A stretch of DNA of 64,000 bases. It comes from Octopus vulgaris. Taxonomy: Eukaryota. The position numbers and the translations under genes were made by a program. The notes below the pieces were generated by a model. That model did not search any database. It worked only from the letters and a program-made list of their open reading frames with translations, and was not told where the DNA came from. Every line of letters starts with the position of its first letter. The first letter of the stretch is position 1. The stretch is from contig OX597815.1 in assembly GCA_951406725.2 (NCBI GenBank), positions 196,168,001 to 196,232,000 of the forward strand, read 5' to 3'. Shown piece by piece: positions 42,556 to 57,414 of this stretch.

Positions 42556-43715
42556 CTGCGTAATCCCAGCATAGTCAGGACACTTGGGGAGTGGGAAGTT
42601 GACTTTCTAAAAGATAGGAATGAGACAGTTGTATCTAATGGAGCCACCTCAAAAGAAACACAAATACTAAGTAGTGTTCCATAGGTCACTCTTTTAGGGC
42701 CACTGCTATTTATAGTGGCCCTCTTAGACATGCCCTCTGCTGCCATGCAGGTGACACAAAAGTCTCTTAGATGACTCAAAACCCTGGAAATAATGGGCGT
42801 CTACAACAGAGGTTGAACGTGATATAGAGGTGAGATGAGCAAAATAACATGCTGTTTAATGCTGGAAAATTCTGATCCCTGCGCTACCAGCCCACAAAAC
42901 GGAATGAAATGTAAAGAGGATGCACCGTCCCAGGAGGAATTGCAATCCCTGAATCAAAATCAGTACTTGACCTGGGTATTGGTATGATTAATGGTGCATA
43001 TTACTAATTTGGCAATCAAATGCAGGTAGTTAGCTGATGGATCTTCCGAACTTTCAGAACCATAGGAAAGGAAACTATGGTGGTTCTTTGTAGGACATGT
43101 GTCATCAGACGCTTGGATTACTGCTCTAACTATAGATAACACACAGTATAAAATTAATAGCGGAACTCGAAGCAATGCAGCGAAGCTACACAGAGAGAAT
43201 CATAGCAGTGTAACGTATCAGCTATTAGGAAAGTAACGTATCAGCTATTAGGCAGTACTAGTTAAGATTTTATTCCCTAGAACGAAGGCGGGAAAGATAT
43301 GCAATGATAGACATCTGGAGGAACCAGGCAAGTCTTGTACCAAACGTTGGCATTGGAAGTTGGAAAATCTGGCGCTGTTGCATAGTGACAAATATCCCAT
43401 CGCCATAAAAATACAGGAGAAGATACTGCAAAAGCTTGGGTTACCAGTGCCCACAGCTATTCAGTATCTCCCACTCCAAGTGAGACCTGCATAGCGTGGA
43501 ATTAGGTGTCTTCAGAACAAAACTGGGCCCCCTATTGTCAAGAGTTCCGGATGAGCCAACGTCACGGCAGGAAACACAGACGAAGGCAGCAGCATCGGTC
43601 TTACTCATTCACCAAAAGCCATATATCCGAGGAGGTTTCAAATAATGAAGATGTAGCAAAGCCAAGGGTGGTGCCCCAGCACGACCGCAACGTTTAAACT
43701 TAAACTTAAGGACTT
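42556..43715 (+). pseudogene. Decayed CR1/L2-group LINE: reverse transcriptase, C-terminus and 3' tail
   Basis: LGEWEVDFLKDRNETVVSNGATSKETQILSSVP*VTLLGPLLFI (GVPQG..LGPLLF), AGDTK (YADD relic), NNMLFNAGKF, DLGI, WIFRTF, RLDYCS, SLERRRERY; many stops. Confidence 0.9.
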
Positions 43716-43785
43716 AAAGACACACACACACACACACTCACACACAATGCACGAATGCATCTCTACATATATTCATATCTATCTG

Positions 43786-44200
<415 letters not shown>

Positions 44201-44754
44201 CAGTCATCTATCGATCTATCACTCTATATATCTACATATCTAGTTATCTATCTATCTGTCTATTTATCTATATTTATACATATATATATATATACATATA
44301 TCCATATTGTTTGGTTTTATGTCTTTCATGAGAAGATTAAATGTCAAAAATGAAAACTGAATAACTCACAGAGCATTAATCATCCCAAAAGCAATTCATC
44401 TCTTCCACAAGCACCTCTAGCAACAACAATGTTGTTGCTAGTGTCTGTAACCATGGCGATATAAAGTAACCAAGAAATATAAAGTAATACGTTGCATCAT
44501 CTTTTGATTATGAATGGATAACTACAACCACCATGCATTTATTAATGAATTATAGAATTCACTCTTAAAAATAGAAAATTTCTTGATATATTGGAATTGT
44601 AATGGCGCCAAGGCAGCACTATTCTTTAGAATAATACATCGCTGCGCCTCAGCAACATGCCTATAACTTTCGTTCATGACCAAATATATATATATGCAAA
44701 CTTGCAGATACACACATTCAATTGTATGTATTCATACATGTATATACAAAAGGA

Positions 44755-44857
<103 letters not shown>

Positions 44858-45082
44858 TAGCTGCATACACACATACACACAGATGCAGCTCACATACACA
44901 AACACACATTCCCACACTCACACACACAGATACAGACACGTATATACACATATATTTGTACGCTACAGAAATTTCATCGCTGTGTTTGTTTGAGACATTC
45001 ACTGCAGAAATTCCTAACAACCACAATGGCGAAGCGTACGTAGAGAAGGAACGATATTAAACTAATGTGTAAGTTAATTTCG

Positions 45083-45378
45083 TGGAGGCACAATGGCCCA
45101 GTGGTAGGGGCAGTGGACTCGCGGTCGGAGGATCGTGGTTTCGATTCCCAGACCGGGTGTTGTGTGTTTATTGAGCGAAAACAACTAAAGCTCCACGAGG
45201 CTCCGGCAGGGCGTGGTGGCGAGCCCTGTTGTATTCTTTCGCCCCAACTTTCTCTCACTCTCTCTCTTCCTGTTTCTTGAGTAACGCTGGCGTCCCGTCC
45301 AGCTGGGGGAGTGGCACACGCCACAGAAACCGGGAAACTGACCCCATGGTCATGGTCAGGCTTGAAAAGGGCGCATAA
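45083..45378 (+). mobile_element. SINE family C, V-like tail
   Basis: ggaggcacaatggcccagtgg...ggcgtcccgtccagctggggg...agaaaccgggaaac. Confidence 0.88.
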
Positions 45379-45650
45379 CTAACCAATAATAATACGAAGT
45401 TTTGAAATTAGAAAACCACTATACAGAGCAAAATATTAGATGATGATAATCTACGTAGAACTCTAAACACAACTACAGCCGTTGTTCGTCTAATTGTACG
45501 CTTATGGTACACTACGTATGTTTGTATATTTTTATGTGTGTTTCTGTGTATGTACGCGTGTGTATATGTGTGCATGTGTTTATGTGCGTGCATCTATTAT
45601 TTAACTATGATATCTGTTCACAGAATTTTCAGCAGAATCACTGTATTTCT

Positions 45651-45692
<42 letters not shown>

Positions 45693-45912
45693 AGTTGTCA
45701 AGCGGTGGTGGGGAACAAAAAAGACACAAAAGCACATATATACACATAAATTCATATACAACAGGCTCCTTTCAGTTTCCGTCTACGAAATCTGCTCATA
45801 GAGCTTTGATCTGCCCACAATTATAACAGGAGACGCTGAATGTACCACGCAGTGAAAGTGAACCCAATGCCATATGGGTGGCAAGAAAACTTCTCACTAC
45901 ACAGCCACGCCT
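45693..45912 (-). mobile_element. Diverged CORE-type SINE
   Basis: gttgtcaagcggtgg...ttcagtttccgtctac...actacacagccacgcc. Confidence 0.7.
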
Positions 45913-46284
45913 TTATTTATACAAAGGAAAATGAGTTAATCTGAACATCGGATAATTATTTATTTAGCTGCTTTATCTCATAGTGAGGGATTCATCATAA
46001 ATGATTCTTTAAAGATAATTCTTGGATTTTCTATATATGCGAGTTAAAAAAATATTGAATTGAATTGGAAAGGAAATGGAGGAAATTTGGAGTTTATAGG
46101 TGTAATGTATATGTGTATTTATCGGTGTGGATGCGTGTGTTATGAATTTTTCGAGGTTTTGCTAGAAAGAGAGAGCGAGCGAGAGAGAGAGAGAGAGAGA
46201 GAGAGATGAAAAGGAATAAACTGGTTATGAGCTTTTTAGAAAACAATTCTAGGAGGTATAGAATATTAGAATATGTCATACACA

Positions 46285-46960
46285 AGTGTAAACTCTTCCT
46301 TGATGACTGTTTTATTTCGTTTTAGATATCAATAATATTCTGTTCACCCTTCACCCATCTTTTAAATTAACGACAGAAACCCATCATAATGACTTACATT
46401 CAGGTAAAAATATGAGACTCTACAGTAATAACGGATATACTTTACAAAAAACAAGCACACAGAAGTATTTCAATTCCTACTCTTATCATTCTTCTCGCAT
46501 CAAGCAAAATATTCCATATAGTATGACAATGCGTATTTGTGCAATAGTATTCAAGACAAAAGTACGTCAAACCCGTCTCAGCAAACTTCGTGAAAATCTG
46601 TGAAGATAATATATTTGAAATATGTAACATCAACTTAAAATATGTGGATTCTGGCTTAAAATTCTGCTTAAAATTGGATTCTGCTTCCAGGTAGAGGCAG
46701 ATATGATGTGAAAGAAATAGAATCTCATCTATGTGCATGACATTTACCAATTGCAAATAAATTTATATTGGCGACACTAGCAATTCCCTTCGGGAACGTG
46801 CAGGAATCCACCGGCAACACATCAGACAAGAAGAATTACGCAAGACTTCGCTGAGTAAGCATCTGCATATATGCAGAAAGAGCAGGTTCAAATCTTTCTT
46901 TTCTACAAATATCCAACAACCGGAAGGTTATGGGACTACATTTTATCAGCTCTTTCTTAC
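46285..46960 (+). pseudogene. Decayed Penelope-like (Neptune-type) RT plus GIY-YIG
   Basis: FLDDCFI (RT catalytic motif), LHPSFKLTTE, KKTSTQKYFNSYSYHSSRIKQNIPYSMTMRICAIV, then NLIYV..TNCK*IYIGDTSNSLRERAGIHRQHI...LSKHLHIC; internal deletions. Confidence 0.88.
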
Positions 46961-47838
46961 TCTAACTAAAAGTAAATAAAAAGAGATGTTTACAACGACA
47001 AGAAATCCTTATTTAAAAATGTATTGTCCCAAACGAACCAAATGAGATTACCACTTGATATTATTATTAATAATGTCCTCGGTTCGTTTACTAACATAGC
47101 CGGGAAAAATTCAATTAAATAACCAACATACACAAACACACACATTTAAAAACGTTCTAAAATGTTGTTGACAGAGTTGCTTTTCTAGAAATGACTAACA
47201 TAGCAACTGATAAACAATACAATGTCTAAAACAAAATGGACTTCTTGAGCATTATTTAGAACTATACCAGAATAAAGACCCTTTCTATAGATTGGTAGGA
47301 AGACAACACACCCCAAATACAATGCAATTTCAAGAATCCCCCATCAAGCTCCTTTCTATCTCTCTCTTTTTTCTTTCTTATTTCTTTCTTCTTGTCTTGT
47401 ATTTCTTCCTGCATTTCTTTATCCCTTTTCTTCTCTGACACCAAGCCTCTAAAAAATTCCATCCATACTCATATTTACACACACATACATATATATATAC
47501 ACACACACACAAATACATACACACACACACAAATACATACACACTTATAGATTCAAAGCAACAAAGAACTCTTTCCTCCCAATTTCATCTAACATACATC
47601 TAACAGCATGACTTTTCTGCAAATAAATCATTCATGATGAATCTCTCAGAAAGAGATGCAAGCGATAAAGAAATAATTATCCCAAATTCTGGATACCTCC
47701 TTTTGTTTTTTAATATATACAGTCTGCTGCATACACCACTTGGAACAATGTGTGTGTATGTATGTATGTGTATGTGTACGCCAAAATATGCACTGTGTTG
47801 GGTATCATAGAATTGGTGTTATATGTGTTTATATGAAA

Positions 47839-48474
47839 CTAGCAGTATCGCCCGGCGTTGCTCGGGTTTGTAAGGGAAATAACTATATAAGCATTTTTAG
47901 AGAGTTATAGCCAAAAAATAGCAAAAAATGCATTAAAAATGGAAAAAATATGATGGTAAATTTTTTTAAATCGTTGACTCATCGTAGACATTTTTAGAGA
48001 GTTACTTCCCTTATATAATAGCGAAAAAATGCATTAAAATGGAAAAAAAACGATGGTAAATTTTTTTTTAAATCGTAGACTCATGTAGACGCTTTCTTAG
48101 CCATTTCTGTTTTGGTGTCTTCAAGCCATGAAGTCGTTGTTCTAAAAGAACGCTGGTCTCCTTGACAACGCATTACGACGTTGATTTCCTTACACTCCCT
48201 TCCCCCACAGGTGCAGGTGTGAGCGTGGACGCCAACTCCACCGCCATCGACACACGAAAAATTATGCATTAAAATGGAATAAAAAATGATGTTAAATTAT
48301 TTTTAAAATCGTAGACTCATCGTAGACGCGCGCTAATACTCAGACGGGCTCGATATGAATCACGACTATAAGCTACCCGAATTTGGTTAAACTGCACCGC
48401 AAAATGTGGGAGTAGTTAGGAATCTAAATCGAAGGGGACAGACACTCACACAACTACAGTTTTATATATATAGA
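47839..48474 (-). mobile_element. Complete non-autonomous Helitron
   Basis: On the minus strand: 5' A|TCTATATATAAAAAC; 3' GC hairpin cccgagcaacgccggg, then CTAG|T; no TSD; internal repeated aaatgcattaaaatgg...aaatcgtagactc blocks. Confidence 0.9.
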
Positions 48475-48496
48475 TATACATAGCGCAGTAGTGGTG

Positions 48497-49088
48497 AGAT
48501 GTGACAGCAAAGAAAAGCATACATTCACTCTCTGCATGCAATTAGACTCGGAAAGTTCGTGAGGAACCCATTGACCCAATTTGCTGACTTTTCCGATAGC
48601 ACACAGGTCTCAATGAATGGTTGAATGACCAAATCCAAGCTTCTCTGCTAGTTCCTCAACAGTTACGATGAGATTTTGTTCCACCAGGGTTTTCAGGATG
48701 TCCTTGTCGAGTTCTACAGATCTTTCAGGATGAGGCTCGTCTTCTAGGCTGTAGTTTATGGCTCGGAATTTCTGGAACCACCATTGACACTGCCTTACGC
48801 TTATTGTCCAATCCCCATATACTGCATTAATATTTCTTGTACTTTCCGTTGCGTTGTTGTCTTTATTGAACTCATAAAGCAAAATATGCCAAATATGCTC
48901 CTTTGTTACTTCCAACATAGCTTTGAAAAAAATAGCTGTTAAAATCGAAATGCACTCTTCAAAACTTGCACTATGAATAAGGACAAGATAAAATTACTAC
49001 CTGCTTTTATAGCAAGTTAATATAAGTAGTTTATCCCATTCCCCTCTGACTTTTAGTTCAAGCTGTTGAAAAAACCACATTATTATTA
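48497..49088 (-). pseudogene. 5' part of a mariner transposon (HTH region to WVPHEL)
   Basis: ORF 48610-48918 (HILLYEFNK..ATESTRNINAVYG...WFQKFR..YSLEDEP) continues past a stop to GKVSKLGQWVPHELSE; TIR-like end ataataatgtggtttttt near 49070-49088. Confidence 0.92.
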
Positions 49089-49209
49089 TATATATACATA
49101 CATACATACATACATATACACACACACTCTCTCTCTCACACACATGCACACATTTATATTCTGTTATTCTTTTATATGTTTCAGCCTTGAGGTTGTGGCC
49201 ATGCTGGAT

Positions 49210-49255
<46 letters not shown>

Positions 49256-50164
49256 TATCTGTCTGTCTGTCTGTATGTATATATGTATATGTATGTGTGT
49301 GAACAATAATATTTTCAACAGATGTGTTGCAAATGTATCTGATTGTTCTCAAGCTTCAAATTTACTCTCTTCCAAGAACATTTTCACTCACTCTTATTTG
49401 TTAGCTTCCCATACATTTTACTCATGTATCTATCAGCGTGATAGACAGAAACAAATATTAAATCTAGTTTCATTTTATTCGTTACACAGTGTGTGTGTGC
49501 GTTTGCGTGTGCTGTAAACCAGACTAAGAAAAGCATTTGACACACACACCAGAATGTGAGTTTTCTGTAAATTTTGCTTAATTGGAGTTTAAATTTTAAA
49601 AACTGGAGCTGGCATGACGCGATGCATTGTACTCTTAAAACTGCTAGGTAAATTGTAATTGAAGAAATCCTATATGGTAGATTTGTATAACTCCCAAAGG
49701 GAGGCAGATAAAAATCTGCCTTTTATAATAAGAGATAACACTGGAATAAACGTTGACACTGATTCACAATATAGTGGCTTCGAGTTCCAAGTGTGTTTGA
49801 TAGAAGCTACCACTGAATACGTCGTTTCCTTTCGCTGAAGAATATAACTTGGCAGAATGGTCATTGTTTGCATCATACGAAATATGGCCAGAGGCATGAG
49901 ACCGTAATGGCTACTTCACATAGAAATGACATTGTGTTGGCATGTAAGATTTCATGCTAATTAATTTTTCTTGGTCGGTGTAATTTTAATTACTGTGAAG
50001 AGAAATTTGAGGCTGAAATATAATTGAAAATTTATAAAAGTTATTACACAACATCGTTTATATGAAATAGGAAAAAAACCTTACCGTCAAACGTTTACTT
50101 CTTTTAAATAAACGCATATAGAAACATCCTGTTTCTATATGCATTTATATATTTATACATGCAT

Positions 50165-50367
50165 TCGTGAATGTGCTGAAATATTCCTGGCTTTCGACAA
50201 AATAAAAGAGTAGTAGATAATTATGTTTCTTTTCAAAATATACCTTTGTACGATTCACACATATTTTAGGTTGGTCCTTATGTCTTTTTAAAGTCCTGCA
50301 AAAGAACTCGGAAGTTGTGCCTTTCATGGTACATTTTAAAAGTAGGTACTTTTGAGCACTCCTCATA
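50165..50367. mobile_element. Old mariner MITE
   Basis: Degenerate TIRs gtgctgaaatattcctggcttt / aaagtaggtacttttgagcactcctca-TA; transposase C-terminus-like ICVNRTKVYFEK on the minus strand. Confidence 0.6.
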
Positions 50368-50383
50368 TACATACATACATACA

Positions 50384-50459
<76 letters not shown>

Positions 50460-50660
50460 AATTGAGATAGGGGTTGTAAATGCAACCCTCCATGGGATAA
50501 CATATATCCAATATATGTACATTCCTTTATGTACACTGATTTGTTCTGCTTTTTATATTTAACCCTACAGTCTCTTATGTGGTGGTTTAATAAAGTATGT
50601 GATTGAGTATTATCTGGTAATTGATATTTGATTTAGATGTATTTCTCCATTTTCTTATCT

Positions 50661-50698
<38 letters not shown>

Positions 50699-50938
50699 CA
50701 CACACACATACATACACACAGACAGACAAGCAGACAGATACATAGAATCAATTAATATGGCTGACAATGACAAGTCTATCTCGGCCGTCACCAATGATGC
50801 ATGCTAAATATATCTTGGAATGAAAGTAACTATTGCATGTCTGTGTTATGAATAAAGCTAGTGACAAAATTGTACTTCAGCACAGTCCGTTAAGTATGGA
50901 AGTTGGATCTGTCTTCTTTCAATGAAACTATATGTCAC

Positions 50939-51103
50939 AATATTTGCGCTATTCCAGTGCTAGTACCACCATTTGGGATACTTGAGAAAAGCGCAATATA
51001 CACGTGAAAATTAAGAATGTACTAACAGTGCTTGGTGACTTCCACACCGGCAGTGACACTAAAAGGATCTCTGTTTAACAAAGGGCCATATGCAGTGGTA
51101 GAT
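50939..51103 (+). pseudogene. Dong/R4-clade LINE fragment
   Basis: NICAIPVLVPPFGIL...KIKNVLTVLGDFHTGSDTKRISV resembles the post-RT N.FA.PVL...FGI...K.LT..G.FH..SD..RLY region. Confidence 0.55.
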
Positions 51104-51330
51104 GATCCGTCCAGACGGCCATTAAGTTCAACATTGCGTCACCGAAAAAAAGCAAATGAACACTAAAGGAAGAAATGAGTATATTATGTGTATAGTCATA
51201 AATGTTTGAAAGAACATTATGAGATTAGGTGCAGAAGGCCTGAACATCTCCGGGTTTACAGTTGTCCCATGAAAACCAAGGTCGGCTGGACTGAAGTACG
51301 TGGAGACTTCGAGGAGATGCATTCATCATA

Positions 51331-51458
51331 CTAGCTGAAATTATGTATCGGATAAATTCTGATAATGTTGTGATAAACATGTGAAGTTTTCTTCAGCAGG
51401 TCATGCATTTCCTATCCAATAACAGGAGAGCTACAAAATACCTGGTCACAAAAAAGAT
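51331..51458. repeat. Dispersed ~130-bp duplication, copy 1 (copy 2 at 56839-56968)
   Basis: ctagctg(a/c)aattatgtatcggata...cagcaggtcatgcattt...tcacaaaaaagata is present twice. Confidence 0.9.
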
Positions 51459-52679
51459 ATAGGAAAGTCTATAATGGTCTGTAATGGTCTACTGTACCAC
51501 ACCAATGTTGAAGATGTTACCCATCATCAGTAGCTCTTTGAAAACATCTGCAACAGAGTATCAATAGAGCACTGAAGGGAAACCTACATTTCTCATATCT
51601 ATCAAGTTTATAAATGTTTATTTGCTCTAGTTATCATAGATACACGGGTCACCGTAAGCATGAGCTTAAGCTTCATAGAAAGCTACAAATGCTTGGGTTA
51701 TTTATAAGGAAGAGAAGTAGCTTATTTGCATTCTCAGAACACAACTGATCAATAGGACAGTTATTATTATTAAAGTATTCAACGGATTTTCTGTTACAGG
51801 CTCCCGAGTGCACATGTGCACCCAATAGCATAAAGATGCATCGTATATCCGAACACAGAAATAAATGATAGCAAGATATGAAGTTGTGTTTTTTTTTTTT
51901 TCTGTGACATGCGCATCCACGAGAGCAACTTTATTTATACGTCAGACATATATGCATACAACAGCCAATCTAGGAAACGAAAAGCCCCTGCAGTTCCTTG
52001 ACTTAATGATATTTTCCCCTTTGTGAGTAACCGCAAATATGAAAACATCTCAAACACACAACACGCCCTAGCGCGTATATAGGGGTTTGCATGTGTGCAT
52101 CTACATATAAATGTATGTACACAACTGCAGTTAGCATTGTGTCTCGTTGAATGCATATCTGGTGTTGTAGGGTATATATATATATACGCGTACCCATTTG
52201 GCTTCTTTCCGATCAATTCATTTCTGATCATCACCGCTCGCTTCTATTTACCTAATCTCTGTCAAGATGTGTCTTTATATTTATGCGTTTCTCCGTCGCT
52301 TTTTCTTTCCATCCCTGTTTTCATTCTCTCTTCCTCCTGTCTGTTAAAATCCTTCTGCTGTCGGTGCGCTTGCACGAATGCGCATCAGCATTATTTACGT
52401 CTGTTTTACTATTAAACATAAGACTCACAAATTTAGAAACGTTAAACAAGAATGCACTATTTATATCGCTGCGTAGCAAGTAATTCCGAATGAAAATATT
52501 ACTTAGTCTCAGACTAGAATAAGTCTGTAATCACGCTTCATGTTGGGCTGAAGCCATACGGCATTCCTCAGAAAACTACTGGAACAGCAGAAATCGGTAA
52601 AAGCTTAAGACAAAAATAGCGTTGAGTTTTCAGCGTCTGATTACTGAAATTAGCTGCTATATTAAGTTGCCTTCGTTAC

Positions 52680-53315
52680 GTATGTATATATGTATGTATG
52701 CATGTATGTATGCATGTATGTATGTATGTATGTATGTATGTATGTATGTATGTATGTATGTATGTATGTATGTATGTATGTATGTATGTATGTATGTATG
52801 TATGTATGTATGTATGTATGTATGTATTTATGTATGTATGTATTTATTTATTTATTTATGTATGTATGTATGTATTTATTTATGTATGTATGTATGTATG
52901 TATGTATGTATGTATGCATGTATGTATGTATGTATGTATGTATGCATGTATGTATGTATGTATACATGCATGTATGTATTTATGTATGTATGTATATATG
53001 CATGTATGCATGTATGTATGTATATATGTATGTATGTATGTATATTTGTATATATGTATGTATGCATGCATGTATGCATATATGTATGTATGCATGTATG
53101 TATGTATGTATGTATTTATGTATGCATGCATGTATGCATATATGTATGTATGCATGTATGTATGTATGTATGTATGTATGTATTTATGTATGTATGCATG
53201 TATGTATGTATGCGTGTATGTATGTATGTATGTATATATGCATGTATGCTTGCATGTATGTATGCTGTATGTATATATGTATGAATGTATGTATGCATGT
53301 ATGTATGTATGCATG
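52680..53315. repeat. (TATG)n microsatellite with variants
   Basis: Read directly from the sequence. Confidence 0.97.
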
Positions 53316-53871
53316 CACACATGCATATATGTATACACCTTTACATACACATACTTGGGTGCATGCACACGAAGACACACACACGAAATTTTCTCTTTGC
53401 TCGTTTAAATTTGATGTAACATCGCCGACAATGAATGTGTCAGCTAACGAGGAGACTTTTATGCGAAAACATACTTACTGTTTGTACCATTTAAAAATAT
53501 CCATTAATTACAACTGTTGTCGCGAAAACAAGTATGCTAATTAGAACAATGTATTTACAAGGCCTTGGTTCATATATCCAAACTGAAGCAGCACACCAAA
53601 TTTTCCTCTATTCACGAGACACTGTTGAAATTATTTATACACTCGCACACACACAAACCGCAGAGACACACACATTCACTCACACACAAACACACGCACA
53701 TCTGTAAATAAGTATGTGTAAGATTCTAAAGTGTAGACGTGTTTTGGAACTTGTGCTATCAAAGTCATAAAAAATTAGACAACACCAATCGAGCTGATAC
53801 TTCAATGTTATATTCGTATTATTGGTTTATTTGGACTAGCCATGCAAACACGGTATTATTCAGTTGGTACG

Positions 53872-54452
53872 GGGCGGCGAGCTGGCAGAAACTTTAGCAC
53901 ACCGGGCGAAATGCTTAGCGGTATTTCGTCTGTTTTTACGTTCTGAGTTCAAATTCCGCCGAGGTCGACTTTACCTTTCATCCTTTCGGGGTCGATTAAA
54001 TAGGTACCAGTCACGCACTGGGGTCGATATAATCGACTAAATATGTTTGTCTGTTCTTGTTTGTCCTCTCTATGTTTAGCCCCTTGTGGGCAATAAAGAA
54101 ATAAGAAACGTTAGCCTGCCGGGAGAAATGCTTAGCGGTATTTCGTCTGTTTTACGTTCTGAGTTCAAATTTCACCAAGGTCGACTTTGCCTGTCATTCT
54201 TTCGGGGTCGATTAATTAAGTACCAGTTACGTACTGAAGGCGACCTAATCGACTGGTCCCTTCCCCCAAATCTTCGGACCTTGTGCCTAGAATAGAGAAG
54301 ATATATTATTTAAAGGTGGCGAACTGGCAGAATCGATATCATGCCGAGCGAAATGCCTACAGTATTTGGTGTGTCTTTACGTTCTGAGTTCAAATTCCGC
54401 CGAGGTCAACTTTGCCTTTCATCACCTTCGGGGTCGATAAATAAGTACCAGA
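53872..54452 (+). mobile_element. Cluster of three Meta-type SINE units
   Basis: Bodies at ~53872-54102, 54104-54300 and 54314-54452, with two different tails. Confidence 0.85.
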
Positions 54453-56661
54453 TGGAAGAATAAGATCAGATGATAAAGTTCACATGTTTACATCTCGTAA
54501 CGCAGTGTTCATACGTTTGTATTTGTGTCATTATTTTTAAATATATACTGAGAAAATATGTATTTAGAAAGAAAACGTCAGTGAGTATCTTGGTTCCACT
54601 TAATAAATATTGCTCCTTTCATGACTGCATAACGTGAAACCCGGAAACGAAAGAGCATATATCTCACAATTTATTTCGCTTGGTCTTATACGAATTTTGT
54701 CAAATTCTGTTATTCATCATCGGGAAATTTGTTTTTCCACTTGGAGAAAAAATATAAAGCAAAACATATTCTGCATGCAAAATAAGTGCAATAAAATAAA
54801 AAGGAAATATAGCAGTCAGTGCATATTCGGAAAACCTAAGTGAATTCAAATAATTCGTAGTTGCAAATGATGCTGTAATTTTGACCTGTTGCAAGATTTA
54901 CTTTCACTTTCATTCACTTTCTGTTCAACACATGTCAGTTTCATCGTGATAAAAAAATATTGATGTTTTGGTTATCCATATCGCCATGAAGCGTGGAGCA
55001 AGTTTACAAAATGTTGCACCAGAAATGAAGGTTGTATTCTCATCTAAATTTCTGTACACTTACATCACTAAAACCTCAAGCAAAGACTGCAAATTGCTGC
55101 AAATTATCCGCCATTCACAACTTCACGCTCGTTTTCTCTCACTCTTTCTTTTCTCTATGAAAGGCATTGTCCCCACATAGCCACCAAATAAAATTCAATA
55201 TTTGTAACTATTCAATGATCTCATCTATTCGGTAAGACTTCCAATATGTTGATTTCATGTTTAATTTCGCGGAATTTTAGATACATTTACTAATTTTACA
55301 ACTTATAGTCCTGAATTCAAGCCGCAATTATTTATCATGAGGCAAGAAAACAGTGACTGAGCCAATACGAACTCCACATTGATTATATGTCTTCTCTTCC
55401 GAACCAAAGAAAAAAACAACAACACATGGCTTATAGCATTATTAACCAGTTCTTGGTTTCATGCTTTTTGACCGCTTTCTCTCATTATATTCTTGTTAAA
55501 TCCGGTTGCAGAACCATCAGGATATGCGTCAGTCAGTAAAAAATATGTGAATTGATCTGTTCAAGACAATAACTAGCTTGCGTTGGCAGCAGATTTATTG
55601 ACTATTCTGATGTCGTTTCCGCATACCACCTTAGTAACTCAATACTTTTGCCTGAAAGCGTTTGTCTGTCAGTTCTTATTTTAGGTTTGCTCTGCTATCT
55701 AAACGAGCTATACCATTTAAAATTTGCTTTTATCTTCCTTTAGGTTATTTTCCTTCGAATCTGCTGCAGATTCTTGCTTTTTTTTTTTTGGTTTTGTTTA
55801 AATGTTTTGTTTTGTTGTTTTTTTCTGCCGGCTGCATATATGTGTGATTTCTATCTTCATATTATGTAATTACTTCAGCAAATCGAATAACAACACGAAC
55901 AAAAAGTCGATAGGAAAAAACAAGAAAACAAAGCAAAACAAAGAGAAAGAACAGCTGTAAAAAAGAAAAAAAAGAACAAAAAATTGCTAGAATAATAAGA
56001 ACAAGAAAAACGAGAGCTGCAGCAGCAACAACAACAATAATAAAAATAACATTCGACATCAATCACGAAAGACTTTATCGACAAAATAATGACAGATTAT
56101 TGAAGATTAAGCATTAAGCCAAATATTGTCAATATTTGTATAGAATTCTATTCAATATCAATATCTTATGAAAAGTTGTGTAGTCTTATACAATTGTGCC
56201 AAAAAAATATTGCCCCTTTTGCAGTTGCTGTTGTTTTTATCGGGGTTAGATTTAGATGGTGAATGTGTTCTTAGTAGCAGTGATGGTCGTGTAATAGCTC
56301 ACATTACCCACCACATCAATTTGTTTCTGAATTTCTAATCAATTAATAATGTTTAAATCTAGGAATGAGGAAAAAATAATCTATAACGTTTGGATCAATT
56401 TTACTATATACGTTAGAGTACATTCCGTACATATTTTAATAAACTTCCTCAGTGACTCCAATTAGTAATTTCATTAAAATTAGTAATTTCATAAAATTTC
56501 ATAAAATGAGACAAAAAGATTTTATGTAAAAAAAAAAAAACTTTTTCATTACGAAGTATTTTGATGGAAGAAGATATTCAATTGAACGCTGATGTCAATA
56601 GAATATTAAATTTGGATCGTAAGTAAATTTCTAAAATAATACATGAGAATAAAATCATATA

Positions 56662-56824
56662 CCGTATTTTAACGTGCATAAGGAACCTATTTTTTGGTCA
56701 AAAATTAGGTTAAAGGTATAAGGGGTTTCTTATACATGGATAGTATTTTAATCCCTTACAAAACCTTTTCTCCAAATTTTAAGCCCTGAAAATTAGAGGG
56801 TTCCTTATACACTTTAAAATACGG
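56662..56824. mobile_element. Pogo/Tigger-like MITE
   Basis: TA-ccgtattttaacgtgcataaggaacc...ggttccttatacactttaaaatacgg. Confidence 0.8.
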
Positions 56825-57117
56825 TGTATTAAAATATGCTAGCTGCAATTATGTATCGGATATATTCTGATAATGTTGTTATAAAAATATGAAGATTCAT
56901 TCAGCAGGTCATGCATTTACTATCCCAATAACAGGAGAGGTACAAAATACCTGATCACAAAAAAGATACATGTGGATAAATAAATCGCCAGGTTTAATAA
57001 CGCCCTTCCCTTTTCAATAGAAGAATTCATAAGTGGGAAAAAGCATGCTTTTAGAGCATTCCTTTGAGATAATTCTAGTAATGTAGTTGTTAAATACAGT
57101 GATTATTATGAAAGTAT

Positions 57118-57305
57118 ACATGGCCTAGTCGTTAGAGCAGTGGACTCGCGGTTGAGAGATCGCGAATCTCAGAACGGGTGATGTGTGTGTTTATGAGCTA
57201 AAACACCTACACTCCACGCGGCTCCGGCAGAAGGTAATGGCGAACGTCTGCTGAGTAAAGAGAAACGGTGGTGTATCAGCATGGCCGCAGTTCTGAGCTG
57301 TTACT
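57118..57305 (+). mobile_element. SINE family C head joined to a CR1-like tail
   Basis: catggcctagtcgttagagcagtggactcgcgg...ggctccggcag..., then ggtggtgtatcagcatggccgcagttctgagctg. Confidence 0.65.
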
Positions 57306-57414
57306 AGAGAGAAAATAATAGGGAATCAGAATACATATACTGATATTGAAAGTAGGCTACCTAAGTTCGGAAACGTTGTACAATTTGCTCAGTTGATGTT
57401 GCATTACCTGTTAC

